The notes under the pieces are model-generated. The model saw only the letters and a list, made by a program, of their open reading frames with translations, made no database searches and was not told where the DNA came from. From assembly GCA_039715015.1 (NCBI GenBank), contig JBDLIE010000017.1:1-51018 (forward strand): a DNA stretch of 51,018 nucleotides, given 5' to 3'. The DNA is from Thermodesulfobacteriota bacterium (GTDB taxonomy: Bacteria; Desulfobacterota; Desulfobulbia; Desulfobulbales; SURF-16). Every line of letters begins with the position of its first letter. Positions within the stretch are counted from its first letter, which is position 1. Both the position numbers and the translations under genes were made by a program. This document shows positions 1-9,964 of the stretch, piece after piece.

Positions 1-7
1 CTACACT

Positions 8-595
8 TTAGTCAAGGTCGCTGAAGTCGGAACGCACCTTTTTATTTTGGGTGCGGTATTTGCGGCCGTCACCATAGTCGAAGAATTTTTTATACCTGCT
101 GTGTCTTGCCATGCTCCGCTTTGCATGTTTGATGGGGCACCAGTATTGCTCGGTACGGGCGGCGATTTCCTGGACATAGGCGATGAGGCCGTTGAAATAA
201 CCGCAATAAAAGCAGTTAATTTTTTCAATCCAATTGAGATAGCTCAGGTAGTGCCGGTCAATGACAATGTAATCGGACCGTTTGACCTTGGGCATCGAGT
301 AAATCGGAAAACAGACCATCTGGTAGAAAGAAACAACCAGGTCCATAAAAAGGGCCGGCAGCAGGCATGACCAGATGAGAGGGGTGGTGATGATGTTCAA
401 CAGAGGGGCGTCTTTGAGGTAATAACGGATTTTTTTTATGAGCCTCCTGTTCTGTTTTTTGACCTCCTTCTCAAAATAGACCCTTTTATTTCTAATCTCG
501 TAGAAATACTCCTTTTCCTTTTGCTGAAACTCCTTCACTACCTCCTGCTCCAGCTCTTTTATTTTGCTAAACAGTTCCTGCAGGCGATCGTTCAT
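8..595 (-). CDS. Conserved hypothetical protein with one hydrophobic segment and CxYCxYxNG / EQYWCPIKH motifs
   Basis: ORF 8..631; ATG at 595 is preceded by AGGAG, so is the preferred start. Function not recognised. Confidence 0.75.
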   Translation of the reverse strand: MNDRLQELFSKIKELEQEVVKEFQQKEKEYFYEIRNKRVYFEKEVKKQNRRLIKKIRYYLKDAPLLNIITTPLIWSCLLPALFMDLVVSFYQMVCFPIYSMPKVKRSDYIVIDRHYLSYLNWIEKINCFYCGYFNGLIAYVQEIAARTEQYWCPIKHAKRSMARHSRYKKFFDYGDGRKYRTQNKKVRSDFSDLD

Positions 596-794
596 ATATA
601 CTCCTGATCCAGATAGAAAGGGGAACGGCATTGATTGGGCAATCTGCTGCGAGATCGGCCCGGCAACTGGCCAACGGCCACGACCTTTGGCTGGCGGAAC
701 TTCAGAATCCTAAGGACTAATCTACGGATTTTGGCATGGCCATAGAGGCGACATCTGCCCGTAAGGTCATGAAAATGATACCATAATTTGCTGA

Positions 795-1220
795 TCAGTG
801 ACAATCGGTGTCTTTTTTTTTGGCGCTGCTGGCTGCCACGATTTTCCGCTGTTTTCGGAGAAGAAGAAAGCCATAGATGGCGACATTGACGGCGACCACC
901 AGGAGGCCGAGAAGTATCTGGCCCTTCCTGGTCAGGCCCGGCGGGTAGATCAGCGGCACAATGTAATGGTCGATAAAGCCGCTTTGGTAAGGGCCATGGC
1001 CCGCAGCCTGGCGGAAATGGTATTCAAGGGGAGTCAGCGGGCAAATCCAGCCCTGTATCTCGACCAGGGCCCCCCACAGGGCCGCCGGGATATGGAGGTA
1101 GGCAAGCTTCGGCCAGCGCAACACCAGCAGGCCGCCCAGGACGACAAAGGCAATGAAAAGGAAGTGGACAAGAACCACTATATCGCCGGCAAGCTGAAAG
1201 AGCATGGGATAATCCACCAT
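795..1220 (-). CDS. DUF2784-family membrane protein
   Basis: HFLFIAFVVLGG...LHIPAALWG...WICPLTPLE...GFIDHYI pattern; alternative start 1205. Confidence 0.85.
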   Translation of the reverse strand: MVDYPMLFQLAGDIVVLVHFLFIAFVVLGGLLVLRWPKLAYLHIPAALWGALVEIQGWICPLTPLEYHFRQAAGHGPYQSGFIDHYIVPLIYPPGLTRKGQILLGLLVVAVNVAIYGFLLLRKQRKIVAASSAKKKDTDCH

Positions 1221-1271
1221 CCAGAAGTGTTAACCAGCATTTCTGACAGCGATCTTTGTGAGGAATGCTGG

Positions 1272-3134
1272 CTAGTGGGGCAGATCGTGGCCTCGGTAGA
1301 GGCCGGCGATCTGCGTGGCAAAACGTTTTTCAATCTCATGACGCCTGGGCTTCAGCAGAGAGGTGACTAGGCCATCCTTCAGGCTCCAAGAGTCACAGCT
1401 CAGGTGAACGGCGCGGACCTGGGCGTAGGAGGGAAAGGCCCCCAGTAGGACCGCTATCTTCTTAATAACCCGATCCATAATCAGGGTCGAGGTGAGGAGG
1501 GCAGGGTCGCCAGGCTCTTGATCCAGATCGTGGCAAAACTCCTGCCAAGCCGTGCGTTCCAGAACAATGAGGGCCGCCAGATAGGGTCTGGACTCACCGA
1601 GGACCATGGCCTGGTAAAAGAGGGGATCCTCGGTGATGGATACTTCAAGGTCTGCCGGCGCTATCTTCTCGCCGGTGGAGGTGACGATAATCTCCTTAAG
1701 GCGGCCGCGGATATAGATGCGCTGCTGGGCATCGATCTCCGCCACATCACCGGTGGCAAGCCAGCCGTCGTCATCGACAGCGGCCCGGAAATCATCAGGT
1801 CGCTGCCAGTAGCCGATCATAACGCTGGGGCTGCGGACAAAGAGCTCGTAATCCTTGCCGAGTTTTACCTCAACCCCGGGCAGGGGCCGGCCCACGGAGG
1901 CGGGCAGGTTGTCGGTCAGGGTGTTGGCGCTGACCACAGGGGCGCTCTCTGTCAGGCCATAGCCCTGGACCAGGGGCAGGCCCAGACCGATAAAGAGGCG
2001 GCCCACCTTGTCGTGGAGGGGGGCGCCGCCGGTTACCGCCAGGCGCAGCCTGCCCCCCAGCCGGTCTAGGATCTTCTGGGCGACCAGGGTTTGCAACAGG
2101 GGCCATGACAGGCGGTCAAGGAGACGGGCAGGGGCGCCGCGTCCCTGGCCTGACTGAAAGAGGCGCCAGCCCGTGGCCACTGCTGCCTTGAATAGGAGCT
2201 GGACCAAGGCCCCCTTGTCCTTGAGGCCTTCGTGGGTACGGCCATAAACCCGTTCGTAGATCCGGGGTACCGAGATCAGGACAGTGGGCCGGATTGTGAG
2301 CAGGTCCTCGGCAAGGTCCTGGATGGAGCGGCAGAATGCTACCTGGCAGCCAGCCATCATGGGGATGTAATAGCCCACGGTCCGTTCAAAGCTATGGGAG
2401 AGGGGCAGAAAGGAGAGAAAGAGATCATCCCTGGTGGCGGGCACCACCTGCTGGACCATCTCAGCATTGGTCAGGATATTATGGTGGGAGAGCATCACCC
2501 CCTTGGGGTTGCCTGTGGTTCCTGAGGTGTAGATAATGGTGGCCAGCTCATGGGGGGCTGTGGCCCGGTTGCACAGGGCCGGGCCCCTGGCAGGCAGCCA
2601 GTTGGCAACCAGACTGACCTGGGGGCCGCCTGTTGTCTTGGCCTCCTCGCCGTTACCTTTGAGGCAGAGGACCAGCTTGAGATCCGGCAGATTTTCAAGG
2701 TAGGGTGCCAGGCCCAGCCACTGCTGCCTATCTGCCACCAGCAGGATTTTGGCCCCGGAATCCCGAATCATAAAGGCGATATTTTTGGGGCTGTCCAGGT
2801 GGTAGAGGGGCACGGTGACCAGGCCCAGGGAGAGGGCAGCCTGTTCACAGCAAACCCACTCTACGCAGTTGTTGAGGTAGAGGGCCAGGCGACCACCAGG
2901 GCCAATATTTTCGGCCAGCAGGCCCTGCTGCCAACAGGAAATTTTTTGGGCCATGTCAGCCCAGCTATAGGCCTGCCATTTGCCTATCCCGCTCTCATAC
3001 TGCTGAAAGGCCGGGGCTTGGGGAGTCTCCTTGTGGCGGCATTGGAAGAGGCCCGGCAGGGTAACGGCCTCCCTGGCTGTGATGAAACCGTGGCCAGCCC
3101 TTTTGGGGCTGTGGAAATTTTTCGTGTTCATCAT
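1272..3134 (-). CDS. Long-chain fatty acid--CoA ligase (AMP-dependent synthetase)
   Basis: IIYTSGTTGNPKG, LSFLPLSHSFER, QGYGLTE, GWLATGD motifs; ATGA overlap with the upstream gene. Confidence 0.9.
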   Translation of the reverse strand: MMNTKNFHSPKRAGHGFITAREAVTLPGLFQCRHKETPQAPAFQQYESGIGKWQAYSWADMAQKISCWQQGLLAENIGPGGRLALYLNNCVEWVCCEQAALSLGLVTVPLYHLDSPKNIAFMIRDSGAKILLVADRQQWLGLAPYLENLPDLKLVLCLKGNGEEAKTTGGPQVSLVANWLPARGPALCNRATAPHELATIIYTSGTTGNPKGVMLSHHNILTNAEMVQQVVPATRDDLFLSFLPLSHSFERTVGYYIPMMAGCQVAFCRSIQDLAEDLLTIRPTVLISVPRIYERVYGRTHEGLKDKGALVQLLFKAAVATGWRLFQSGQGRGAPARLLDRLSWPLLQTLVAQKILDRLGGRLRLAVTGGAPLHDKVGRLFIGLGLPLVQGYGLTESAPVVSANTLTDNLPASVGRPLPGVEVKLGKDYELFVRSPSVMIGYWQRPDDFRAAVDDDGWLATGDVAEIDAQQRIYIRGRLKEIIVTSTGEKIAPADLEVSITEDPLFYQAMVLGESRPYLAALIVLERTAWQEFCHDLDQEPGDPALLTSTLIMDRVIKKIAVLLGAFPSYAQVRAVHLSCDSWSLKDGLVTSLLKPRRHEIEKRFATQIAGLYRGHDLPH

Positions 3135-5989
3135 GCTTCTCCACTTTCTCTTCGGATGCCGCGCAGCGGTGGTCTGGTGCCGGCCAGATCCGGTTCTCCG
3201 CAGTGGCGGAGGATCTCTTGTCTGGCCCGGTCGCGTAAGGCCACTGCCGCCGACCAGTCGTTTCCTGTCGGCTGGATGGCCTGGCCGATGGTCACCGTGA
3301 TCAGGCCGCGGCGGGGAAACCAGGAGCCTGAGGGCATCTTTTGCCTGGTGCCCCTGATGATCAACGGCACCACGGAAAGGTCTGCCTGGGCTGCAGTGAC
3401 AAAGGCCCCCATGCGAAAGGGCAGCAGGCCGGCCATGCGTTGCAGGGTGCCCTCGGCAAAGAAGAGCAAGGATTTGCCCCTGCTGCCGTTGCGGACAATA
3501 CGGCGGGTGGCCAAGACCCCCTGTTCCACGTCATTGCGTGTCACCAGCTCCACATCAAGGCGGGACATGAAGACCCGAAATAAAAAACGTTCCTGCAACT
3601 CTGCCTTGGCCACAAAGCTGAAGTCCACGGGCAAAGCGGCGGCCAGGACCAGGGCATCCATGTAACTCATGTGGTTGGCCACCAGGACCACGGGCTGGTC
3701 CCTGGGCAGGTTGGCTAAGCCCTTAACCATAAGCGGCGTCATGGAGAGTTTGGCCAGGAGCTTCATGGAGCCGCGCAGAACGGCCCGGCGCCAGGTTGGG
3801 CGCGGTAGAAGGAAGATGAGCAGCCAGGCCGAGCCGCCCAGCAGATAGTAGAGGCCCCAGGCATAGCCGGCATAGAGATGCTCTGCTGCCCAGTGCAGGG
3901 CCTGCCTCAGTTGGGGGATAAGGCCGGTCATGGCTACCCGCAGAAGTTGCCACCAAACCGCACGCCCCTTCTTGCTCAGGCGTCCCTGCTCGTAGAGGGC
4001 GCGAGTCGCAGAACGGCGGAGCTTGCCGCTGGATGTCTTGAGGATGGTGTGGGGCGGCATAAGGAGCACCTGGTCAGGGGGCAAGCCGAGAAGATCGGTG
4101 ACGATACCATTGATGGAGGTGTGCAGCTGCTCCAGGCGCTCCGGGACCGATTCCCTGGTCTCGGCCAGGACGATGAGCTTCTCGGTCTGGCTGGTGACGG
4201 TCCGGCTGCCGAAGACGACCACACAGCCCTTGCGGATGCCGCTGATCTGGCCCACGGCCTCCTCCAGCTCTGTGGGGTAGATGTTGCGGCCGCCGTGGAT
4301 GATGATGTCCTTGCTGCGGCTGGTGATGTAGAGATAGTCATCAGCCAGGTAGGCCAGGTCTCCGGAGTCGAGCCAGCTGCCGTGAAAGAGCTCCCGGGTC
4401 TGCCGGGTATTACGGAAGTAGCCGCTGGTGGTTGACGGGCCGCGAAACTGCAGGCGTCCCTGCCGTCGCTGGGGCAGCTCCTGGTCGTTGCTGTCGACAA
4501 TGCGGAGCTCATGATCCCTGAGGGCCTGGCCGCAGGCCACAAAACGCAGACAGGAATCATCCTCTTCGGCGGCAGGAATGGCCTGGCCCGAGGCCATGAA
4601 GGGGAGGCGTTGGATGCGGTCAATTGTCGGCGTGCTGGCCAGGGGGGGGAAGGCAAGGCCAACGGATGACTCGGCCAGGCCATAAACCGGGGCCATGGCT
4701 TGGGGCTGAAAGCCGTAGGGCCTGAAGCGGGCCGAAAAATCCTGCACCGTGGCCGGGCTGACCGGCTCGGCGCCATTAAAGGCCAGGCGCCAGGAGCTGA
4801 GGTCCAGGCCCTGGATCTCTCTGTCATCAATTTTCTTGAGGCAGAATTCGTAGCCGAAGTTGGGAGCCGCGCTCAGGGTGCCCCGGTGGCGATGGATGGC
4901 CCATAGCCAGTTCTCGGGATGGACAAGGAAGGCCAGGGGGGACATGATCACCAACTGGCAGCCGTAGTAGAGGCTGCCCAGCCAGGCCCCGATTAGGCCC
5001 ATATCGTGGTAGAGGGGCAGCCAGCTAACAAAGACGTCGTTTGATCTGGCCTTGATGCAGTGGCCCATGGAGCGGATATTGGCCAGGAGATTGGCATGGG
5101 AGAGGACCACGCCCTTGGGGTTGCCGGTGCTGCCGGAGGTGTACTGCAAAAAAGCCGTATCTTCCGCCTTAATCTCCAGGGTCTGGTAGTGGTTGCCGTG
5201 CCTGGCCAGTTGGCTCACCGTTACCGAACTTTGCAGGGCAGGGGCATGGGCCTTGAGGAGCCGGACCAGGGGCTGGACCTCGGGGATGGTGATGAGCAGG
5301 GTGGCCAGGGAGTTGTTGAGGATGCCGATATGGCGGCGCAGGTGCTCCTCTATCTGGCTGAGGCGGGCCGGTGGATAGAGGGGGACTGGGATGGCGCCGG
5401 CCAGTAGCACCCCGAAAAAGCTGGAGAAATAGTCGGGGCTGGTGGGCAGCATGAGGGCCACACTCTGGCCTGGCTCAATGCCCCGCTCCTGTAGGCCGCA
5501 GGCCACCTCTGCCGCGCTCTGCTGCAATGCCCCGAAGGTGATTCGGTCCCGCAGCTCGGCCTCGGTATAGATGTTGATGTGAATCCGGTCCGGCTGGCCA
5601 TGGCTATGCCAGGCCAGGACATCCACCAGGGTGGCGGCCCCTGTGGCCTCAGATGGGCCCTTGTCACTGGTTGCAAGCTCTGCCATGACCTCGGCAGGAG
5701 GCAGCCTTGAGGCTTGCGCTCCCAGCAGGTAGCGCAAAAGATCCCGGGGTGACTCTGCCATGGCCAGGACCTTTTCTGAGAGGTGGACACCAAAGTTCTT
5801 CTCAATACGGGCCAGGAGTTCAACCCTGGCCAGGCTGTCCAGGCCCAGATCTCGCTCCAGATCACTGTCGAGGCCGATGGTGAGGGTATAGACGCTTTCC
5901 GGATGGAGCTCGCTCACCAGCTGACGCACCTCCTCGATCAGGAGTTCGGCCTTGCCGTATGTCTCTCTCTCGTTGGCCATGTCATGCAC
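3131..5989 (-). CDS. Trifunctional ACP + fatty acyl-AMP ligase-like + PlsC-type acyltransferase
   Basis: N-terminal LGLDSLARVEL (phosphopantetheine Ser), FLQYTSGSTGNPKG and SWLPLYHDMGLIG (FAAL-type), C-terminal NHMSYMD and FAEGT (LPLAT). Confidence 0.9.
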   Translation of the reverse strand: MHDMANERETYGKAELLIEEVRQLVSELHPESVYTLTIGLDSDLERDLGLDSLARVELLARIEKNFGVHLSEKVLAMAESPRDLLRYLLGAQASRLPPAEVMAELATSDKGPSEATGAATLVDVLAWHSHGQPDRIHINIYTEAELRDRITFGALQQSAAEVACGLQERGIEPGQSVALMLPTSPDYFSSFFGVLLAGAIPVPLYPPARLSQIEEHLRRHIGILNNSLATLLITIPEVQPLVRLLKAHAPALQSSVTVSQLARHGNHYQTLEIKAEDTAFLQYTSGSTGNPKGVVLSHANLLANIRSMGHCIKARSNDVFVSWLPLYHDMGLIGAWLGSLYYGCQLVIMSPLAFLVHPENWLWAIHRHRGTLSAAPNFGYEFCLKKIDDREIQGLDLSSWRLAFNGAEPVSPATVQDFSARFRPYGFQPQAMAPVYGLAESSVGLAFPPLASTPTIDRIQRLPFMASGQAIPAAEEDDSCLRFVACGQALRDHELRIVDSNDQELPQRRQGRLQFRGPSTTSGYFRNTRQTRELFHGSWLDSGDLAYLADDYLYITSRSKDIIIHGGRNIYPTELEEAVGQISGIRKGCVVVFGSRTVTSQTEKLIVLAETRESVPERLEQLHTSINGIVTDLLGLPPDQVLLMPPHTILKTSSGKLRRSATRALYEQGRLSKKGRAVWWQLLRVAMTGLIPQLRQALHWAAEHLYAGYAWGLYYLLGGSAWLLIFLLPRPTWRRAVLRGSMKLLAKLSMTPLMVKGLANLPRDQPVVLVANHMSYMDALVLAAALPVDFSFVAKAELQERFLFRVFMSRLDVELVTRNDVEQGVLATRRIVRNGSRGKSLLFFAEGTLQRMAGLLPFRMGAFVTAAQADLSVVPLIIRGTRQKMPSGSWFPRRGLITVTIGQAIQPTGNDWSAAVALRDRARQEILRHCGEPDLAGTRPPLRGIRRESGEA

Positions 5990-6044
5990 CCTTACATTCC
6001 TGATGGCCGCAGCCGCTCAGGCAGAACGGTCTATCACCGGGCCA

Positions 6045-6803
6045 TCAGCCCTTCTGGCCTTGAAAGGCCTTAAGCATGTCGATGGGCAGGGGAAAGACAA
6101 TGGTGGAGGCATTTTCGTTGGAGATGTCGTTTAAGGTCTGCAGGTAGCGAAGCTGCAGGGCCTGGGGGTTGTCGGCAATGATATTGGCGGCGGCCAGCAG
6201 TTTTTCAGAGGCCTGGAGTTCACCCTCGGCATGGATCACCTTGGCCCGCCGCTCACGCTCCGCCTCCGCCTGTTTGGCAATGGCCCGCACCATGTTCTCA
6301 TTGAGGTCCACGTGCTTGATTTCAACATTGGTCACCTTGATGCCCCAGGCGTCAGACTGCTTATCAATAATCTCCTGGAGGTCGGTATTCATCTTCTCGC
6401 GCTGGGCCAACATCTCGTCGAGCTCATGCTGGCCCAGTACCGAGCGCAGGGTGGTCTGGGCCAGTTGGCTGGTGGCATTAAAGTAGTCCTCCACCTGGAT
6501 GATGGCCCGTTCCGGGTCCACCACCCGGAAGTAGAGGACGGCATTGACCCGCATCGTGACATTGTCGCGGGAGATGACGTCCTGGCTGGGAACATCCATG
6601 GTGATGACCCGCAGGTCGACGCGGACCGCCTGTTGGATGCCGGGGATGATGATACGCAGTCCAGGTTTTTTGACCATCTGGAAGCGGCCGAGGAAAAAGA
6701 CCACCAACCGCTCATACTCCGTAACAATCTTCAGGGACAGAAAGAGCAGGCCGATGATCAGGACAATGGGGATGATATAGGGAGCCGTGGTTGGGGTAAT
6801 CAT
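6045..6803 (-). CDS. Slipin / SPFH (stomatin-like) protein
   Basis: [50 protein letters not shown]. Confidence 0.95.
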   Translation of the reverse strand: MITPTTAPYIIPIVLIIGLLFLSLKIVTEYERLVVFFLGRFQMVKKPGLRIIIPGIQQAVRVDLRVITMDVPSQDVISRDNVTMRVNAVLYFRVVDPERAIIQVEDYFNATSQLAQTTLRSVLGQHELDEMLAQREKMNTDLQEIIDKQSDAWGIKVTNVEIKHVDLNENMVRAIAKQAEAERERRAKVIHAEGELQASEKLLAAANIIADNPQALQLRYLQTLNDISNENASTIVFPLPIDMLKAFQGQKG

Positions 6804-6804
6804 G

Positions 6805-8169
6805 TCAATGTTCCTCCTCTAGGATTTCAACGGTGAGTTCCAGGCCATGTTGGCCTGTCACCCGAACTTGCTGGTTCTTTCTTATTGGTGTGCTGGTTTG
6901 GGCCTGCCACGATTCACCATGGATCCAGATCCGGCCCTTGCCCTCAAAATCTGTCATGGCCTCACCGATGCTGCCCAGCAGCTCTTCAGGGCCGCACACC
7001 ACCTTTTTGCGGCTCATGGTGTAGACCTTGCCCACCAGCAGGAGCAGGAAGGCGGCAGAGGTCATGGCCGTGGCAGCGATGAGGGCCAGGGAGATGCGCA
7101 GGCCCTCGTCATCCATCAGGATCACCGAGCCGGCCACAAAGGCGATGAGACCGCCAAAACCTAAGGCCCCGAAGCTGGGCACAAAGGCCTCGGCGATCAT
7201 GAAGACAATGCCCAGGATAATGAGGGCCAGGCCTGCATAATTAATGGGCAGGATCTGGAATGTATAGAGGGCAAGAAGCAGGGCAATGGCCCCGGCCACC
7301 CCGGGCAGGATAAAGCCGGGATGGGTGAGCTCGAAGATGAGGCCGTATATGCCGATGAGCATGAGAAGATAGGCGATATTAGGATCGGTGATCACGGTGA
7401 GGAGTCTGATTCGCCAATCCGCCTCAAAGGTTTTGATGGTCAGATTACTGGTGGCCAGAATCATCTTGCCGGACTCTAAGATCACCTCTCTTTGGTCGAG
7501 CTGGCTCAGAAGGTCCTTTAGATTGGTGGCCACAAGATCGATAACACCTTCCGCCAAGGCCTCTTCTGCCGTCAGGCTGACCGCCTCGCGCACAGCCCGG
7601 GCCGCCCACTGGGCATTACGGCCATGGCGGTGGGCCAGGGCCTTAATGTAGGCCTCTGCATCATTAATCATCTTTCGTTCCAGGGCATCCGGAGGAGGGG
7701 CCGTTTCCTCGTCTTTCTGTTCCTCCAGGGGCTTGGGCTTGTCAGGGAGGCCGGGGATGCCGCCGATGCGTATCGGCGTTGCCGCCCCCAGGTTGGTGGC
7801 TGGGGCCATGGCCGCTACATGACTGGCATAGAGGATATAGGTGCCGGCACTGGCGGCCCGTGAGCCGGCCGGCGCCACATAGCAGACCACTGGCACCTTT
7901 GATGCCAAAATCCCTTTGATGATTTGCCGCATGGACGTGTCAAGGCCCCCCGGTGTATCCATCTGCAGGATGACCAGGGCAGCCTGTTCATCTGCGGCCT
8001 TGGCCAGGCCATCCTTGATATACTCGGCCACGGCTGGACCAATGGCACCCTTTATTTCAAGGCGCAGGGCGGTCTTACTTTGATTGGCCTGACAGATGGC
8101 CGGGTAAAAAAGGATGATCTGGCTGGCCAGCCAGATCAGGGCCACGGCCAGAAAGTTCTGCCTCAGCAT
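6805..8169 (-). CDS. nfeD: NfeD-family membrane-bound ClpP-class serine protease (long form)
   Basis: [26 protein letters not shown] block and C-terminal OB domain (GESWQA); adjacent to slipin as usual for this pair. Confidence 0.93.
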   Translation of the reverse strand: MLRQNFLAVALIWLASQIILFYPAICQANQSKTALRLEIKGAIGPAVAEYIKDGLAKAADEQAALVILQMDTPGGLDTSMRQIIKGILASKVPVVCYVAPAGSRAASAGTYILYASHVAAMAPATNLGAATPIRIGGIPGLPDKPKPLEEQKDEETAPPPDALERKMINDAEAYIKALAHRHGRNAQWAARAVREAVSLTAEEALAEGVIDLVATNLKDLLSQLDQREVILESGKMILATSNLTIKTFEADWRIRLLTVITDPNIAYLLMLIGIYGLIFELTHPGFILPGVAGAIALLLALYTFQILPINYAGLALIILGIVFMIAEAFVPSFGALGFGGLIAFVAGSVILMDDEGLRISLALIAATAMTSAAFLLLLVGKVYTMSRKKVVCGPEELLGSIGEAMTDFEGKGRIWIHGESWQAQTSTPIRKNQQVRVTGQHGLELTVEILEEEH

Positions 8170-8421
8170 GTGTCTCTTGTGTGAATTTTGGGTGATGATA
8201 GGCCACCTCCGGAGTTGTCCTGCATATACTGTCAGTCTAGCACATCACTCTTTGCCAAAAACAGGAAAAGATGACGATTTTAAATAACCTTGAAGATCAA
8301 CAGTTTACGGAGAGATCTGGGCTGCGGAGAGCAGGTGCTGGGGCAGGCAAAGGTCAGCGGGGCGGATTTTCTTTTGCCTCCCGGCCCCATGCTGAGATAG
8401 AGTGAGAACAGGGAGGGCGTC

Positions 8422-9096
8422 ATGCTCAGAGCAGATATCCAAGAGATGTTACGGACCATTGAGGTCGAGACCCTAATGACTCAAGGGGCCACCGGCCTGT
8501 CATCCCTGCGCCCCGAGGTTATGGATGCCATGGCCAAGGTGCCTCGCCATCAATTTGTGCCCGGCCACCTCAGGCCGCATGCCTATGCCAACGGCCCTTT
8601 GCCCATCGGGAGCGGCCAGACCATTTCCCAGCCCTTTATCGTTGCCCTGATGACCGACCTGCTCTGTCCGGAGTCAGATCATGTGATGCTGGAGGTCGGG
8701 GCCGGGTCAGGCTACCAGGCTGCCATTCTCTCCCTGCTGATCAATAAACTCTACACCATCGAGATCATTCCCGCCCTGGCCCAGGAAGCCGCCCTCCGTC
8801 TTCAGGAGCTGGGTTTCGACAACGTGGAGCTGCGCCAGGGTGACGGCTATCAGGGCTGGCCGGAACACGCCCCCTTTGACGGCATTATAGTTACGGCCGC
8901 TGCCAGTCACGTGCCCAAGCCCCTGCAGGAGCAGCTTCGGCCAGGCGGGAGGCTCGTTATACCGGTGGGCCTTCCCCACAGCTCCCAGGAGCTTGTCGTT
9001 CTGGAGAAGGGGAGAGATGGCAATTTTGTCACCAGGGATATCCTGTCTGTGGCCTTTGTGCCCCTCACCGGCCAAGGTTATGGGAGCGATGCTTAA
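8422..9096 (+). CDS. pcm: Protein-L-isoaspartate O-methyltransferase
   Basis: VPRHQFV, GQTISQP, LEVGAGSGYQAA, APFDGIIVTAA, QLRPGGRLVIPVG, VAFVPL. Confidence 0.95.
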   Translation: MLRADIQEMLRTIEVETLMTQGATGLSSLRPEVMDAMAKVPRHQFVPGHLRPHAYANGPLPIGSGQTISQPFIVALMTDLLCPESDHVMLEVGAGSGYQAAILSLLINKLYTIEIIPALAQEAALRLQELGFDNVELRQGDGYQGWPEHAPFDGIIVTAAASHVPKPLQEQLRPGGRLVIPVGLPHSSQELVVLEKGRDGNFVTRDILSVAFVPLTGQGYGSDA

Positions 9097-9125
9097 ATTT
9101 AACAGAAATCAGATGAGGAGGAGCC

Positions 9126-9677
9126 ATGCAGTCACCCCTACAGATCACCTTTCGTAATATGGAAACATCAGCGGCAGTTGAGGCAGATATTCAGAGCCGC
9201 GTTGACAAGCTGGAGGATATCAATGCCCAGATCATCAGCTGCAAGGTCGTGGTGGAAGCCCCGCCCAGAAATCAGCAGCAGGGCGGTCTTTTCAAGGTGA
9301 GTATTGATCTCACCTGCCCGGAGGGCAAGGTGGTCGTCAATCGGGAGCCGTCTGGTAAGAACAGGGCCCATGAGGATTGCTATGTGGCCCTGCGCGATGC
9401 CTTTAAGGCCGCGGCCCGTCAGCTGGAGAAGCACGGTCAGCGCCGGAGAGGGGAGGTCAAGTGTCATAGCGAGATGCCCATGGGCGAGGTCAGCCATCTC
9501 TCCCCCATGGAGGATTACGGCACCATTACGACGCCGGACGATCGGGAGTTCTACTTTCACCGCAACAGCGTTCTCAATGCAGATTTTGATTCCCTGACCA
9601 TCGGCACCAGAGTCTGTTTCCATGAGTCAGAGGGGGATCAGGGCCCCCAGGCCAGCACGGTCAAGGTCAGGGGCTGA
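9126..9677 (+). CDS. HPF/RaiA ribosome-associated domain fused to a cold-shock domain
   Basis: N-terminal LQITFRNM...DCYVALRDAF; C-terminal YGTITTPDDREFYFHRNSV...GPQASTV; GGAGG RBS. Confidence 0.9.
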   Translation: MQSPLQITFRNMETSAAVEADIQSRVDKLEDINAQIISCKVVVEAPPRNQQQGGLFKVSIDLTCPEGKVVVNREPSGKNRAHEDCYVALRDAFKAAARQLEKHGQRRRGEVKCHSEMPMGEVSHLSPMEDYGTITTPDDREFYFHRNSVLNADFDSLTIGTRVCFHESEGDQGPQASTVKVRG

Positions 9678-9964
9678 TGGCCGGCCCCCAGCAGGCCACT
9701 GCTGTCAAGGTCCACTGTTATGCCGGCTACCGGGGTGAGGAGACGCCCCGCTCCTTCGTCTTCGATGAGCAGGAGGTGCAGGTGGTAGAGATTGTCGAGG
9801 CCTGGCGAAGTCCCCAGGCCCGTTGTTTCAAGGTTAGGGCTGTCGATGGTATCCTCTATGTCCTGAGCCACCGGGAGAAGGATGATCTCTGGCAGCTCAC
9901 CGCCACCGAGCAGCCCCGCAGCACCTCAGACCCTACTGGTCAAGAGAGGATTTCAGGTGCCTGA
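9677..9964 (+). CDS. Small conserved hypothetical protein (YAGYRGEETPRSF motif)
   Basis: TGATG overlap with upstream gene; 3' end overlaps the convergent hydrolase by 32 nt. Confidence 0.7.
   Translation: MAGPQQATAVKVHCYAGYRGEETPRSFVFDEQEVQVVEIVEAWRSPQARCFKVRAVDGILYVLSHREKDDLWQLTATEQPRSTSDPTGQERISGA

Noticed and set aside
3131..5989. NRPS/PKS or ElbD-type ether-lipid synthase
   Set aside because: No condensation, ketosynthase or acyl-CoA reductase domain present
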